Positions 9,807 to 20,939 of a stretch of DNA of 64,000 bases are shown here, piece after piece (the first letter of the stretch is position 1; the number at the start of each line of letters is the position of its first letter). The stretch comes from Amoebidium appalachense (lineage: Eukaryota > Protista > Ichthyosporea): the NCBI GenBank assembly GCA_963693365.1, contig CAVNZM010000002.1, positions 558,001 to 622,000 of the forward strand. The letters run 5' to 3'. A program made the translations under genes and the position numbers. The notes beneath the pieces are model-generated. The model made no database searches. It worked only from the letters and a program-made list of their open reading frames with translations, and was not told the origin of the DNA.

Positions 9807-12800
9807 TCAGTCATGAAGACTGAGTGAATCACGGTGTTGCTCGTGGGAGGGCCCGGGCAGGGGCTTGGTGAAGATGTCAGCCACGTTGTCTTTGCTGGAC
9901 ACGTAGGTGACGACCACATCCCCACTCTTGATGTAGTCCTTCGTGTTGTGGTAACGGACTGCAATGTGTTTGGTCCGGTGCTTGATGCTGTTGGTGTGCA
10001 GGAGGGCAATGGTGGACTGGTTGTCACAGTAGACGGGGGTGGGGTCGGTCATCGGGTAGCCGAGTTCACGGAGGAGATCACGGTGCCAGATGACGTTTTG
10101 AACAGCAGCATTGATGGCCAGAAGCTCAGCCTCGGTGGTGGATGTTGCCGTGATGGACTGCAGCTTCGAATACCATGTGATGGGTATGCCCTTGAAGAAG
10201 ATGACGTATCCGGTGGTTGAACGACGGGTGTTGGGGCAGTTGGCAAAGTCAGCATCAGAATAACACTCCAGCAAGGGGGTGTTGTCGTCGGAAGCAGACT
10301 TGTCGTAGTGAAGGCCGAGGTTGGAAGTGCCGATGAGGTACCGAACTACACGGAGTAGACATTCCCATGCAAGTTTGGTGGGGTTGGCACTGAATCTACC
10401 GAGGTAGCCGATGGCAAAGGAGATGTCGGGCCGGGAACAACGAGCAACCCACAAAAGACGGCCGAGTAGTTCACGGTAGGGAACCTTGATGGGTGGTGAG
10501 TCGTTCTCGTTGATGGTGATGACGGTGCCGACGGGAATGGGAGTAGCCTTGGGGTGAGCATCGTTGAGGTTGAAGTCTCTGACGATGTCGTTGATGTAGG
10601 ATTGCTGAAGCAGCTTGAGGTGACCGGGGGTGTGGATGAGCTGGGTGCCAAGGAAGATGTCGGGAAGGTCAACCTTGCAGAGAGCTGACTTCATGATGTG
10701 GTCTACTAGATCCTTGGTGTGGGAGGAGTTGGCCGTGCAGATGATGATGACGTCGTCCACATAGTTGCCAGTGAGGATGATGTCACCGTTGGGGAAGGTC
10801 TTGATGTAGACACATGGATCTGAACGGAGACGTTCGAGACCGTGAGCAAGGAGGACCTTGTCGAAGTACTCATACCAGGCCAGTGATGCTTGCTTGAGCC
10901 CGTAGAGTGCCTTCTTAAGTTTCCAGACCTTGTGTTCGTTGCCGGGGGTGATGAAGCCAGGTGGTGGCTCAATGTAGATGTCTTCTTGAAGAGGACTGTT
11001 GAGGAAGGCAGTTGAGACGTCGAGTTGATGAATCTCATGGTTGCCGTCCACACCGATGGCAAGGAGGGCACGGACGGAGGAGGACATCACCACGGGGGAA
11101 GAGGTGTCACCGTAGTCAACACCGTAGACTTGAGTGAAGCCCTTTGCAACACCACGAGCTTTGATCTTGGTGTCACCGGCTGAGTTGAGGACTTTCTCAG
11201 TCACAATCCACTTGAACTTGATGATGTTGGCACCAGGGGGGGATCAACAATGGTGAAGACATCCTTGGTGATGAAGGCTTGGTACTCGGAGGTGAGGGCA
11301 GCTATGACGGCATCACCGTTGGGACCGTTGCAAAGCTTTTGAATGCCCTTGGGGAGCTGGTCAATGTTGATGGTCGGTGCTACGATGCTGACCAGTGCCG
11401 TTGGAGTCTTGGTGAGACGTGTAGACCGACGAAGGTTGGGCTTGGGGGGGTCCTTGAGGGGGGTGGTGGCCGGGTAGGTGGTGGAGGCCGGGATAGGGGC
11501 ATGGAAGCCAGGAATAGGACCGGTGGTGAGGGGGGCATCGGTGTCCACAGGGCTGCTCGTGGCCGAGTGGAAGGTGGGGGACCCAGGACGAACCGGAGTC
11601 ATGTAGCCGGGTTGATGCACAGCAACGGGGGGGGCCGGCAGCAAGGGTTGTTGGCCAGTGGGGGGGGGGCTCGGGGGAGGCACGGGTTCAACCGGGGCTG
11701 GTTGGTTGTGCCAGGACGGTTGGGAGATGACCACAGACGGAGTTTCATCGTCGTCGTCGGAGGGGGGGTCCAATGTCGGCAGATCGGGTTTGGGGGGAAC
11801 GGAGACCTGATTGGTGCTGCCCGTGAATTTCGACTCGTCGAAGATCACATCACGGCAGATCTTGATTTGGTTGCTGGCAAGGTCGAGGATCTTGTGTGCC
11901 TTGGAGGGTAGGTCCCAGCCGACGTAGGTGCCGACTCTGACGGTTGATGCCAGCTTGTTCCTCTTTGACCGGGGAACATGGACATAGGCAGGGGAGCCGA
12001 ACACGTGGAGCTGGGAGACGTCGGGTTTGAAGCCGTGGAAGGCCTCGAAGGGAGTGTTGCCGTTGGCAGCAGATGACGGTGTGACGTTGATGATGTAGCT
12101 TGTATGCTTGAGAGCAGCAACCCACAACTTGGGAGAGAGAGGTTGGTCCTTGTCGGCATGGAGGAAGCAACGGACTGTCTCTTGCAGTTCTCTCATCTTC
12201 CGTTCAACAACACCATTGTGTTGTGGTGTGTCGACGGGGGCAAACTCCATGATGATGCCTTTCTGCTTGCAGTAGGCCTCGGTGTCCTTGGAGGTGAACT
12301 CAGAGCCGGAGTCAAACCGAAGATGGGTGACGATCTCAGGTGTCTGACGTTCGATGGTTTCAACGAGAGACTGAATGTGGCTGAGGGTTTCACCACGGTT
12401 GTAAAGGGGGAACACGGTGGTGTAACCGGTGGCATCACAAACACACACCAGAGCAACCTTGTAGCCTCCGTAGGAAGCACAGGGAGCTTCGAAGAAGTCC
12501 AGGTGCCACTTAGCACCGGGAATGGTGAACTTGGAACGGGTGCCGGGAAAGGGGGCCTTGGTGGTCTTGCCAGACATGCAGCCGAAGCAGTCACTGTTGT
12601 CGGGTGACTTGAGGGAGGGGGGCATGCCGATGACAAGCTCATCCTTGGCCATCCTGGTGACGGTGGAGAGGGCACGGTGGCCGAGACGGTTGTGCCAAAG
12701 GGTGAGGTCGTCGGGTGGGTGAGTCCTTGCTGTGTAGGCTTGGACCCCCGGGTGTTTAGGAGTCTCAATCACATAGTCAGTGATGTAGTAGAGACCGTCG

Positions 12801-14170
12801 AGGGGGGTGAGATCTGTAATAATGTCACCATTACGGCTGTAGAGGAACGACGGGTGGTTGTCTGTATCGTCACAATGACCTAGGAGGCCGGCAGCTGATG
12901 CCATGGAGGTAGACACGAGGAAAGACGGTGCCTCGGGTACGTAGTAAGCATTGATGCTGCACGGTGTTGGGTGGCCGTTGTAGTGCAGTGTCATGTTGAT
13001 GATGCCACGTTGTTTGGCATTGACTGTGCCGAGGCCGTGAATGGGGGTGGGAGGACACGGGGTAAGGGAGGAGAAATACTCCTTGATGGGGCAGATGTGT
13101 GCATTACAAGCACTGTCCCAGACGGGGTCGTTACTGTCAGGTGTGCCGGTGGAGGAGATGAGTGCAAATTTCACACTCTTGTCACCTTTCTCCTGCTTGG
13201 CACGACGAGCAACTGTGCAGCCAGGCTCCGGGCATGCTGTGATGTGGTGGGGCTCATGGCAGTAGGAACACTTCACACTGTTGGTGTTGTGCTGTCGGTT
13301 ACGGTTGTCCCTGTTACCACGGTGGTAAGGGGAAGTTGAACGGGGGCCGGGTGACTTGGAGGGAGGACGAGGATCACGGGAACGGGACGGGGAACGGTGA
13401 GGTGTATGCTCACGTCGAGGAATACGGTTACGGAGGTCACCGGGGGGAAGCACTCTGCTCTGGAGTGCACGGAGGGGACGGTTGTTGACGGTTGCACCTG
13501 TGCCTGCGTCGATGAGGCCGGCACGGATTTCAGCTCCTCGGATGTCACTGATGAGCATGTTGAAGGACGGGTAGGCCTTGTTGTTCATCCAGTAGTCGGA
13601 GCAGAGACGTTCAATGTCGGGGCAGACCAGGGCTGTGTTCTTCCGGATGTGGAGGAAGAACTTACGTACGACATCCTTGTGCTGGACGGGTTCGTCGAGG
13701 CAGGCAAGTGTCGTAGCCAGACGTTGGAGACGGGTGAGGTATGCTGTGACGTTGGGGTAGTCTCGTAGTTCAAGCTCCTCGAAGGTGACTTGAATCTGGG
13801 TGACTCGGGCCTCCTTCTCTGCTACATACGCCATACGTAGGTTGTGGAAGACTTCACCACCGTGGACACCGTCTTGCATCCGGCCGGAGTCGTAGAGCTC
13901 GGTCGGGTGGACGGACTGGTTGAGGATCTGGTCGAGGACGTCGGAAGCTTTCTTGTAGGAGTCCTTGGTGGTGTAGCCTAGCCACTGGTTGGCTTCAGCG
14001 CCGTCAACCCACTGTGGCCTCTTGATAGCGTCAACGAATTTCTCGGCAATGGTGGTTCTAATGAACCGGTGAATGAGTGGCTCCCACTCGAAATAATTAA
14101 GACGTTTCTCGTCTCGTTTCTCGGACGGATTCCATATTGGAAGGTTGATATACGACGGTTTGTCAGTCAT
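9807..14170 (-). CDS. Copia gag-pol polyprotein (one apparent frameshift in a G/C run at ~11236-11242)
   Basis: Knuckle CSYCHEPHHITAC; protease VWDSACNAH; LWHNRLGH; integrase LRFDSGSEF and QHNGVVER; RT KARGVAKGFTQ, LKKALYGLKQA, YVDD; RNase H YSDADFA, TEAE, ADIFTKPL. Adding one C restores VDPPPGANIIKFKWIV across the two ORFs. Confidence 0.95.
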
Positions 14171-14246
14171 GATTGAAGCAGTAAGACTGAGAGATTTTCG
14201 CGGTTGTAGCGAGATTGTGTGTTAGCGTGCAAAGGGGCCGTAAACC

Positions 14247-14954
14247 TGTTATTTTGTGTGGGTAAACGGAGAAGCAGAGAGCACAGATGGGTGTTATGTA
14301 AAACACAACACAAAGACACACGGGAAAAACACAACCGGAGAGGAGGAACGATTTCTGGAACCATAGGAAGTGAATACGACTGCTTGTGATTTATTTCAAG
14401 ATGAGGTCCCTTTTATACTTGGGAATGTGAAACGATAAACCAATCAAAAGAATGAAAACTATGAGTGTAAAATATATCGAATAAAATGTCTGTCGACATT
14501 TAGAATATAAAACTCAATCCTCTAATGAAAGAAACTTCTAATAAAAGCACGGAAACATTTAATAAAATGAAACCACTTATGTAACTATTAATTCATAACA
14601 TATATTTATACATGTTCTTATCATAACACGTCTAAATATAATTTTTCCTAATAGTTGAAGAACATAGCACAATGCTACGTCGTGGGAAAGGAATGAGAAA
14701 GGAATGTAAGTTACTATATTTGGGAAAATACAAACGAGATATGATTGGATGACATATATAGATTTTGACGCAAACGACAATACGTGTGCGCGAGCTAAGT
14801 ATGTCGATACGTACACAGATCTAAGATGTCGTGTACACGGAAACGGAAAAGAAAGAAAGAAATGAAGAAAGGAAAAGGAAACAAACTACAACAACTAATA
14901 AATAAATACCAAACTCAACTTCTAAGTCTTGCTGAGAATTAAGTGAAGATGACA
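14247..14954 (-). repeat. Copia 5' LTR
   Basis: Direct repeat of 8555-9262, followed on the minus strand by the PBS-like GGTTTACGGCCCC. Confidence 0.97.
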
Positions 14955-15465
14955 CTCGGTGGCTCGTGAATTTCAGAAGGGTGCACGGATACGTGTTCGG
15001 AATCAAGCCAAAAATATCGGTGCCTGGGATGTACGGTGGATTACGGGTTACGAAATCGTCAAAAGGGTCGGCCCGGTCACGTACGAGATCTGAAGCTTAG
15101 CAACTATGAAGAAATCTAAGTGGCACGTGGACGATATTCAGCTTGAATTGAGTGAGCAAAATATAATTCGGCCTCAAGATCTCTCTCACCTCCCGGACAC
15201 GGGCGATAGTCACAATTTCAACAAGGTTCTGCCGGACGAGTGGGTGGTGGAAAAGGTGCTTGACGTAAGAATTCAGAAACGGCGCAAGCAATCCACCCCT
15301 TACAAGTGGTACCAGATCAAGTGGGCAGGCAAAGATGAATCATTCACCTCTTGGGAGTGTGAGAAAGACTTAGCCTGCCCGGACAAGATCCGAGAGTTCC
15401 ACCAACGCAGAGGTGACCTTGCATCGTTCCACGGATACATTGACTCATTGTGTGGAGCATGGTGA
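14955..15465 (+). pseudogene. Chromovirus integrase C-terminus with chromodomain (interrupted by the Copia insertion; continues from ~8419-8554)
   Basis: Removing the Copia joins ...VREPPGPSV to AREFQKGARIRVRN..WDVRWITGYEIVKRVGPVTYEI*, then the chromodomain EWVVEKVLDVR..YQIKWAG..FTSWECEKDL. Confidence 0.85.
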
Positions 15466-15505
15466 CGTATGTCGAGGACGACATACTTCTTTTTACGGTG
15501 GGGCG

Positions 15506-16116
15506 TGTGGTATATTATACCGGATATCTAGTATGGATGTACACAGGTTGAGATATACGCGCACGTGTACATGTATATATACCACTGTGTTTGATCTTAG
15601 GCAGGCCAGTATGCATGTCCCCCCCAGTCTTGTGCGCATGAGCATAGAGTTAAACATATGTGCACGTGCAACTTGCAGGATTATTCATGGGAAAACAGAT
15701 ATAATAGTCACATGGGACCGACACGTAGTAGAGGAACCATGAGCGTTAAGTTATAGTTTTTATCATGGGAAAATATGCAAGTAGCCGTGAGGTATGACTG
15801 TGGAATGCATCGATAATCAAGTACTGTCACCTGATTGGCTCACTAGGTTTATTGGAACCGTGATAGCCATGGGACAGAACCGTGAACCGTATGTGATTGG
15901 CTCTCGTAGCCAAAAAGCACATACCGATGCGCATGTCTGAGTCGCTGTGCGAGCTCCGATATAAGGGCATGTCGGGGGCTTCAGAGCTCACTCAGTGTGC
16001 TCGGCTTACTAGGTGTAAGTAGGACTAGCACGTAACTAAGCAAAGCGTGGTCTAGTCAACCCCGTTCATTTATAAACATATTGTTTGTCACAGACACACG
16101 ATCATATTATACAACA
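15506..16116 (+). repeat. Probable 3' LTR of the chromovirus
   Basis: Follows the G-rich GGTGGGGCG. Termini TGTGGTAT...ATACAACA (imperfect inverted repeat). TATA-like GATATAAG at ~15958. No partner LTR in the window. Confidence 0.55.
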
Positions 16117-16380
16117 ACACCATAATGATGTGACTAGTTTTTACGAAAGGGGGCCCTATTAAGGGATACGGGATCGCGCGGCTCGAATACTTTCTGGCGC
16201 CGCTCAGATCGATATCTATCTGGATTGAGTGGGCTTGATCTGCATATTGGGCACCTAAGATCGTGTGGCCGAGCTATACCATGTACACACGGCATGCCAC
16301 ACACGTGTCCGGACAAAACTGCGCTGCACATTTTTCATGAAGGCGGGTTGTTTTCTAACTATATATGTTAGGCACTCACA

Positions 16381-17217
16381 ATGCCAACTTGCGCGGCTAA
16401 CTACTGCAAAAATGACGAAGAAACAGTCTCTCCCAAAGATCCTACCAGGAAGATAAAGCATTTTACTGTTCCATATGGATGCAAACCAAATGTATTGGCT
16501 AGGAGGCATGCTTGGTTAAATGCTATAGGCAGGCAGGAGCAAACAAAGTATGAGCGGAAACAAATAGCAGAACACACAAAGCAAGCACCCCCCGACCCAG
16601 ACACACACACAGACACAAGGCCAAAGGCCTCAGATGGGACAGACGTAAATACAGACACAACCACTACTGAGACACACACAGCTGACACACAATCCGAAAA
16701 TGCCAATGACTCGGCTGTGCCAGCTGAGTAGTCGGCACAAGAACCACAACCAAAGAGGAAACGGGGGCAACCGAAGGTGGAAGTCCCCTGGCCACTGGCT
16801 ATCCTTAAGCAACTGGTTGTATGCGAGGCACATTTCACCGATGATGATATTACTGCTAAGAATGGAAAACTGAAATTAACAAAGGATGCATGTCCCATCC
16901 GAATGGAACTAGACCCGATGTACAGAGAGAAGGTACAGCTATTGAGGGAGGAAAGGGCCAATAGTCATATGCAAGCTGTAGGAATGGATGCCTCAGATAA
17001 TGAGCAAACACGGAAACGAGCGAGGGAGCGGGGGGAGACGAGCAGTGAGAGGGCTTTTGGGCGCATGAAAAATTATCGGCTGTTTAGCAATCAGGTGCAG
17101 ATGTCGATGGTAGGCACCCATTGGATGGTAGCTAAGGCTGTGGCTTTCTTGTGTAACATGCAAGAGCCACTATATAAGGATATGGTGGGGCCCGGGCACA
17201 CCAAAAGCATGGTGTAG
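16381..17217 (+). pseudogene. THAP zinc finger fused to the C-terminal part of a DDE_Tnp_4-like transposase (in-frame TAG at 16729-16731; catalytic core apparently deleted)
   Basis: MPTCAANYC..HFTVP..RRHAWLNAI..VCEAHF..LTKDACP is the THAP C2CH signature. TRKRAR..ERAFGRMKNYRL..AFLCNMQEPL resembles Harbinger/ISL2EU transposase C-termini. Both ORFs are in the same frame. Confidence 0.8.
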
Positions 17218-17293
17218 AATTTTCGTTTTCGATTGCCTCTCCCTAAAGCCCCCTTCTCTGCTTTTTTTTTTTTTTTTTTTTTTTTTTTGGTCT

Positions 17294-17343
<50 letters not shown>

Positions 17344-17544
17344 AAAATATGAATGAATGCTTGCATGTATGTATTCGGCCAGTAGGGCTCCACTTTTCCT
17401 GTATAGGAAAATAATAATAATAATTGAAATTATTATGTATTTGTGTGCCAAGTACAACCTTGAGTCGTTCTCCCCCCCCCCCCCCCCCCCCTCCCCCCCC
17501 CTTCACACACACACACAACCACGCACACACGGAAGCACGCACTG

Positions 17545-17591
<47 letters not shown>

Positions 17592-17641
17592 TTTGCACAC
17601 ACGCACGCATGCACGCCCCCCCCCCCCACACACACACACGT

Positions 17642-17672
<31 letters not shown>

Positions 17673-17846
17673 GGGGCAGGTAGGCACGTATGCAAACACC
17701 AAGGGGGGAGGAGGGACCGGGGGGAGGGGGGGGGGGGGGTAGGAAACATATGCAGGCACCAGGGTCTGGTACATTGCTCTCAGATTTGACACACGGTCTT
17801 CATTCATTCATTATAGGTTCACTAGATCGGTCAGAAGATCACTAAC

Positions 17847-17877
<31 letters not shown>

Positions 17878-17907
17878 ACAGTACACATTATGAAAGATAA
17901 CGTAAAC

Positions 17908-17938
<31 letters not shown>

Positions 17939-18243
17939 AAGGAAAACAGAATCATTCAGTTGCATTTTCAGTGTTCGTGTTCACTTCTTCTTCTTCTTCC
18001 ACTTTTTGTGGTTTTCTGCCCTGTATGATGGATACATTTGCACCATAAACTTTTCATTCCAGGTAAAACTATACTTGTGTCCAGTAGGGTCTATTTGCTG
18101 TACAAATGCACGGAGCCCTACAAGGTCAGGCTTGTACTACATGATTGGGCCAATTCTTCTACACTTGGTCCTACTATCCGCCTCTTTTTCGTACCATCTG
18201 CATATTGCATCTCTATAACCTCTTCACCCTCATCATTGCATCT

Positions 18244-19333
18244 CTATAACCTCATCACCTCAGCCCCGTTTTCATACGTTCCATGTTCGTATTCAAGATC
18301 CCACCACTCAACCTCTTCCTCCACTGCTTCACCTCCTTTCCGTCCGATTTCGACTCTTCCTGCCCGTTCGTCCCCACCCTGCTTGTTTTCTGTGCTTTTA
18401 ACGGGCTTTTCCTTCCCTCTTTTCCCCTTTCTGACCCGTTGGATATGCTGGAGCAGATCTGTGAACACAACCCCCGCAGCTACCGGCCTTCCCTCGCGTC
18501 CCCAGGCCCGGCACGCCTCACTTACAGCTGCGTGCAAAGTGCCCATGCCAATTCCCCTGAGCTTTTTCACATAATCACAGCCATTCACAATAGCAAAATA
18601 ACGCAGTATTTCTATATCCCATCCGTCGAAGTTGTACTTTGTGCTTCTGGTAAAAACATCGGCGGGGGTTACAATCACTCCGTACAGTTTGGGAATGCGC
18701 ACCGCATTAGCGGTCCCAGGGATGACCGCCGCATCCGCAATGCGCAGTTTGTATACAACCCGCGGGATGTTATACAGAAGAAGGTCGGCATCCTCAGTGA
18801 CAACAGTGTGTGCCAAACCGGTACGTGCCATCATAGGCAAGCTGGGGGTCTGCTTCGTATGGAGCTACTGTGTAATCGACATTCTCATCTTTCAGTCTAA
18901 GGATGATTGCATGTAAAACTCTGTTATCTAACTCTGCAGCGCTTCTCCATTTGTTTTTAGTTACTTCCTCCTGTTTCTCTCTTTTTGTGGCTATTTCTTG
19001 GCGGGCTTTGACCACCTTTTCTGCACGGTCGTTATCAACTAGTTTTCCCTCTTTCAATCTGCGCCCATCAAACACATAGTGTGGCTGGACCCCTGCTAGC
19101 CTATACGTATTAACTTTGGACATAAAGTGATTTGCAATAGCTGCATATGTGTCGTCTGTGACTTTTTTGTCATCTATTTGCTGTTTGGCTACTGTGTCAG
19201 CGAAAACTGAAAAGGACTTGTGGACCTGCACCATCCCGTCAAAAGCAACTACCCCACGTTGCAACTCTGCAGTAACATCTGTGGCTTTTTCGGCACTAAT
19301 GCCGAGTGCTGGGAGCAAGCCCTGCACACCCAT
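18244..19333 (-). pseudogene. EXO1/XPG (FEN1 superfamily) 5' nuclease, intronless, one frameshift at ~18830
   Basis: MGVQGLLP..VAFDG..HYVFDG (XPG-N); APYEADPQLAY/MARTG..VVTEDADLL (XPG-I); GCDYVKKLRGIG (H3TH). Confidence 0.88.
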
Positions 19334-19531
19334 GGTAAAAGTGCATGTATTCAAAGTAGTTTCTTTTCATGAAAAAAAATTCTTTCGGGTTGTGCGCCCT
19401 CTGCGCTAACGTGCGAACACAAAACTCGTTGTACGGTGTGGGTGCGTAGCAACGCGTTACGGTAATCAGGGGGAAAAAAGGCGGCGCCAGAAAGAAATCG
19501 GGGACCACTCAAAATCGCCGATCCCGTATCC

Positions 19532-19649
19532 ATCGATTCAGTCGCACACATCGATTCAGTCGCACACATCGATTCAGTCGCACACATCGATTCATGTCGC
19601 ACACATCGATTCAGTCGCACACATCGATTCAGTCGCACACATCGATTCA
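19532..19649 (+). repeat. 18-bp tandem monomers (ATCGATTCAGTCGCACAC) x6 plus a partial unit at the LINE 5' end
   Basis: Read directly from the sequence; copy 2 has about 2.5 units. Confidence 0.95.
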
Positions 19650-19754
19650 AATGTCGCTCTTTATTATCTGCTAATAAATAGTATCCTTCGCGCATCCACC
19701 CCTAAACCAGGCCATCCGTGGCCCTAAGGGCCGGGGAACACCCCCATCCATGTC

Positions 19755-20939
19755 ATGGCACATGCCTATAATCGTTTCAGAACCTCTTTCAAAGTTCCAT
19801 CTACACCCATCACACATGTGCGACCATTAAAACGTCCAGCAGATACACCTACCACAGATGCACAACCAGAAAAACATCGCCTTAGACTAAGCGCAACACC
19901 TATTTACAATACACTACCCATTCAGAATAACACCACACCACTCCGTAGAAACACAATAACAACCATGCCGAAACTTTCGGTTGATACAGTACTGGCAGAA
20001 CTTGCCCTCGTTAAGAAACAGCTAAATGAGCTGTTACCACTCAAGAACATGATAGAAAAACTCCAAACAGAAAATACCCAACTCAAGCTCACCATTGATT
20101 CACTCACAGCCCAGCTAAACATTAGTGGATCGCAAAACCCCAAAACTCATGAGCAAACATCTCGCGACGGAGACATTTCCACCCCAACACAAAACAACAC
20201 AGGACCGGAAGCACAGCTCCCGGCAGAGTTCCTAGAATATGCGAACTCTCGTAAAACACCCGAGCTCCGCCAAATTGCCAAGGAAACATATGCCAGCATT
20301 CTTGCAGGCAACGAGTACCGCCGCAACTCCCCTCCCAAACCGCCGGCTAAGGGGAACACCCAAGCAAACGGTAACATCAACATCCCACCCAAATACGAGA
20401 GGGTGTATTTCAAAGTCAAGCACGGCAGACGCCCACACAGGGCCATGTGGTCCATCTTCAAGGCTCTCGGCTTCCGGTGCTCTCGCATCCTTTGTCTGTC
20501 CTTCATTGGATACGATGTGCTGGAAGTAGCAGTACGGGGCGACTATAACCGTGCGTTCATCCGTGACGCGACAAAGGGGTGTGGAAGCTTCTTCACCCAC
20601 CTCCCAAGCTACGACCCATGCGCGCCGGAAAACATTCAGAAAGCAGACAAAGAACGTAAAGTGTCTGCTAAGAATGCGTGCGCCACACGTTGTCGTGTAC
20701 GCATCAGCAAGGCAAAAGAGTTCCTCGCAAAGTTGGAAAACGATGCTACGAGCGTGATAGACACGGACACGAATGAACCAATGTTTTCTGGTGAGAAACT
20801 GCTCGAGCGCAAACGCCGATGCGAGATGGAAATCGAGCTCTTCTGCGAACTGTTCGCGCTGGCGGAAGGTCGTGCATACGACCCCGTAAGCGACAAGTGG
20901 GAACCAACCCCACAGGTGTCGGACCAAACCGATGCCTAA
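19755..20939 (+). CDS. LINE ORF1 (coiled-coil, putative RNA-binding protein)
   Basis: 394 aa with heptad segment LAELALVKKQLNELL..LQTENTQLKLTIDSL. Overlaps ORF2 by 8 nt. Confidence 0.85.
   Translation: MAHAYNRFRTSFKVPSTPITHVRPLKRPADTPTTDAQPEKHRLRLSATPIYNTLPIQNNTTPLRRNTITTMPKLSVDTVLAELALVKKQLNELLPLKNMIEKLQTENTQLKLTIDSLTAQLNISGSQNPKTHEQTSRDGDISTPTQNNTGPEAQLPAEFLEYANSRKTPELRQIAKETYASILAGNEYRRNSPPKPPAKGNTQANGNINIPPKYERVYFKVKHGRRPHRAMWSIFKALGFRCSRILCLSFIGYDVLEVAVRGDYNRAFIRDATKGCGSFFTHLPSYDPCAPENIQKADKERKVSAKNACATRCRVRISKAKEFLAKLENDATSVIDTDTNEPMFSGEKLLERKRRCEMEIELFCELFALAEGRAYDPVSDKWEPTPQVSDQTDA

Larger units (their letters stand above)
8555..14954 (-). mobile_element. Full-length, very recent Ty1/Copia LTR retrotransposon
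   Basis: Two 708-bp LTRs (TG...CA), identical by eye. 5-bp TSD CTCGG at 8550-8554 and 14955-14959. PPT GAGTGGGGA next to 9262. Domain order gag-PR-IN-RT-RH. Confidence 0.97.

Noticed and set aside
11230-11245. Programmed frameshift in Copia pol
   Set aside because: It falls in a G/C homopolymer within the RT start. Similar 1-nt shifts occur in host exons (HCF, SFT2), pointing to assembly error.
1572-16731. TAG reassignment (alternative genetic code) suggested by in-frame TAGs in Gypsy and the THAP ORF
   Set aside because: No internal TAG occurs in the long Copia, LINE or Pol ORFs or in the host exons, and LINE ORF2 ends naturally at TAG.
16548-16731. Intron removing the TAG from the THAP ORF
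   Set aside because: The GTATGA donor is phase 2, while the plausible acceptors are phase 0 or 1, so no convincing in-frame splice exists.
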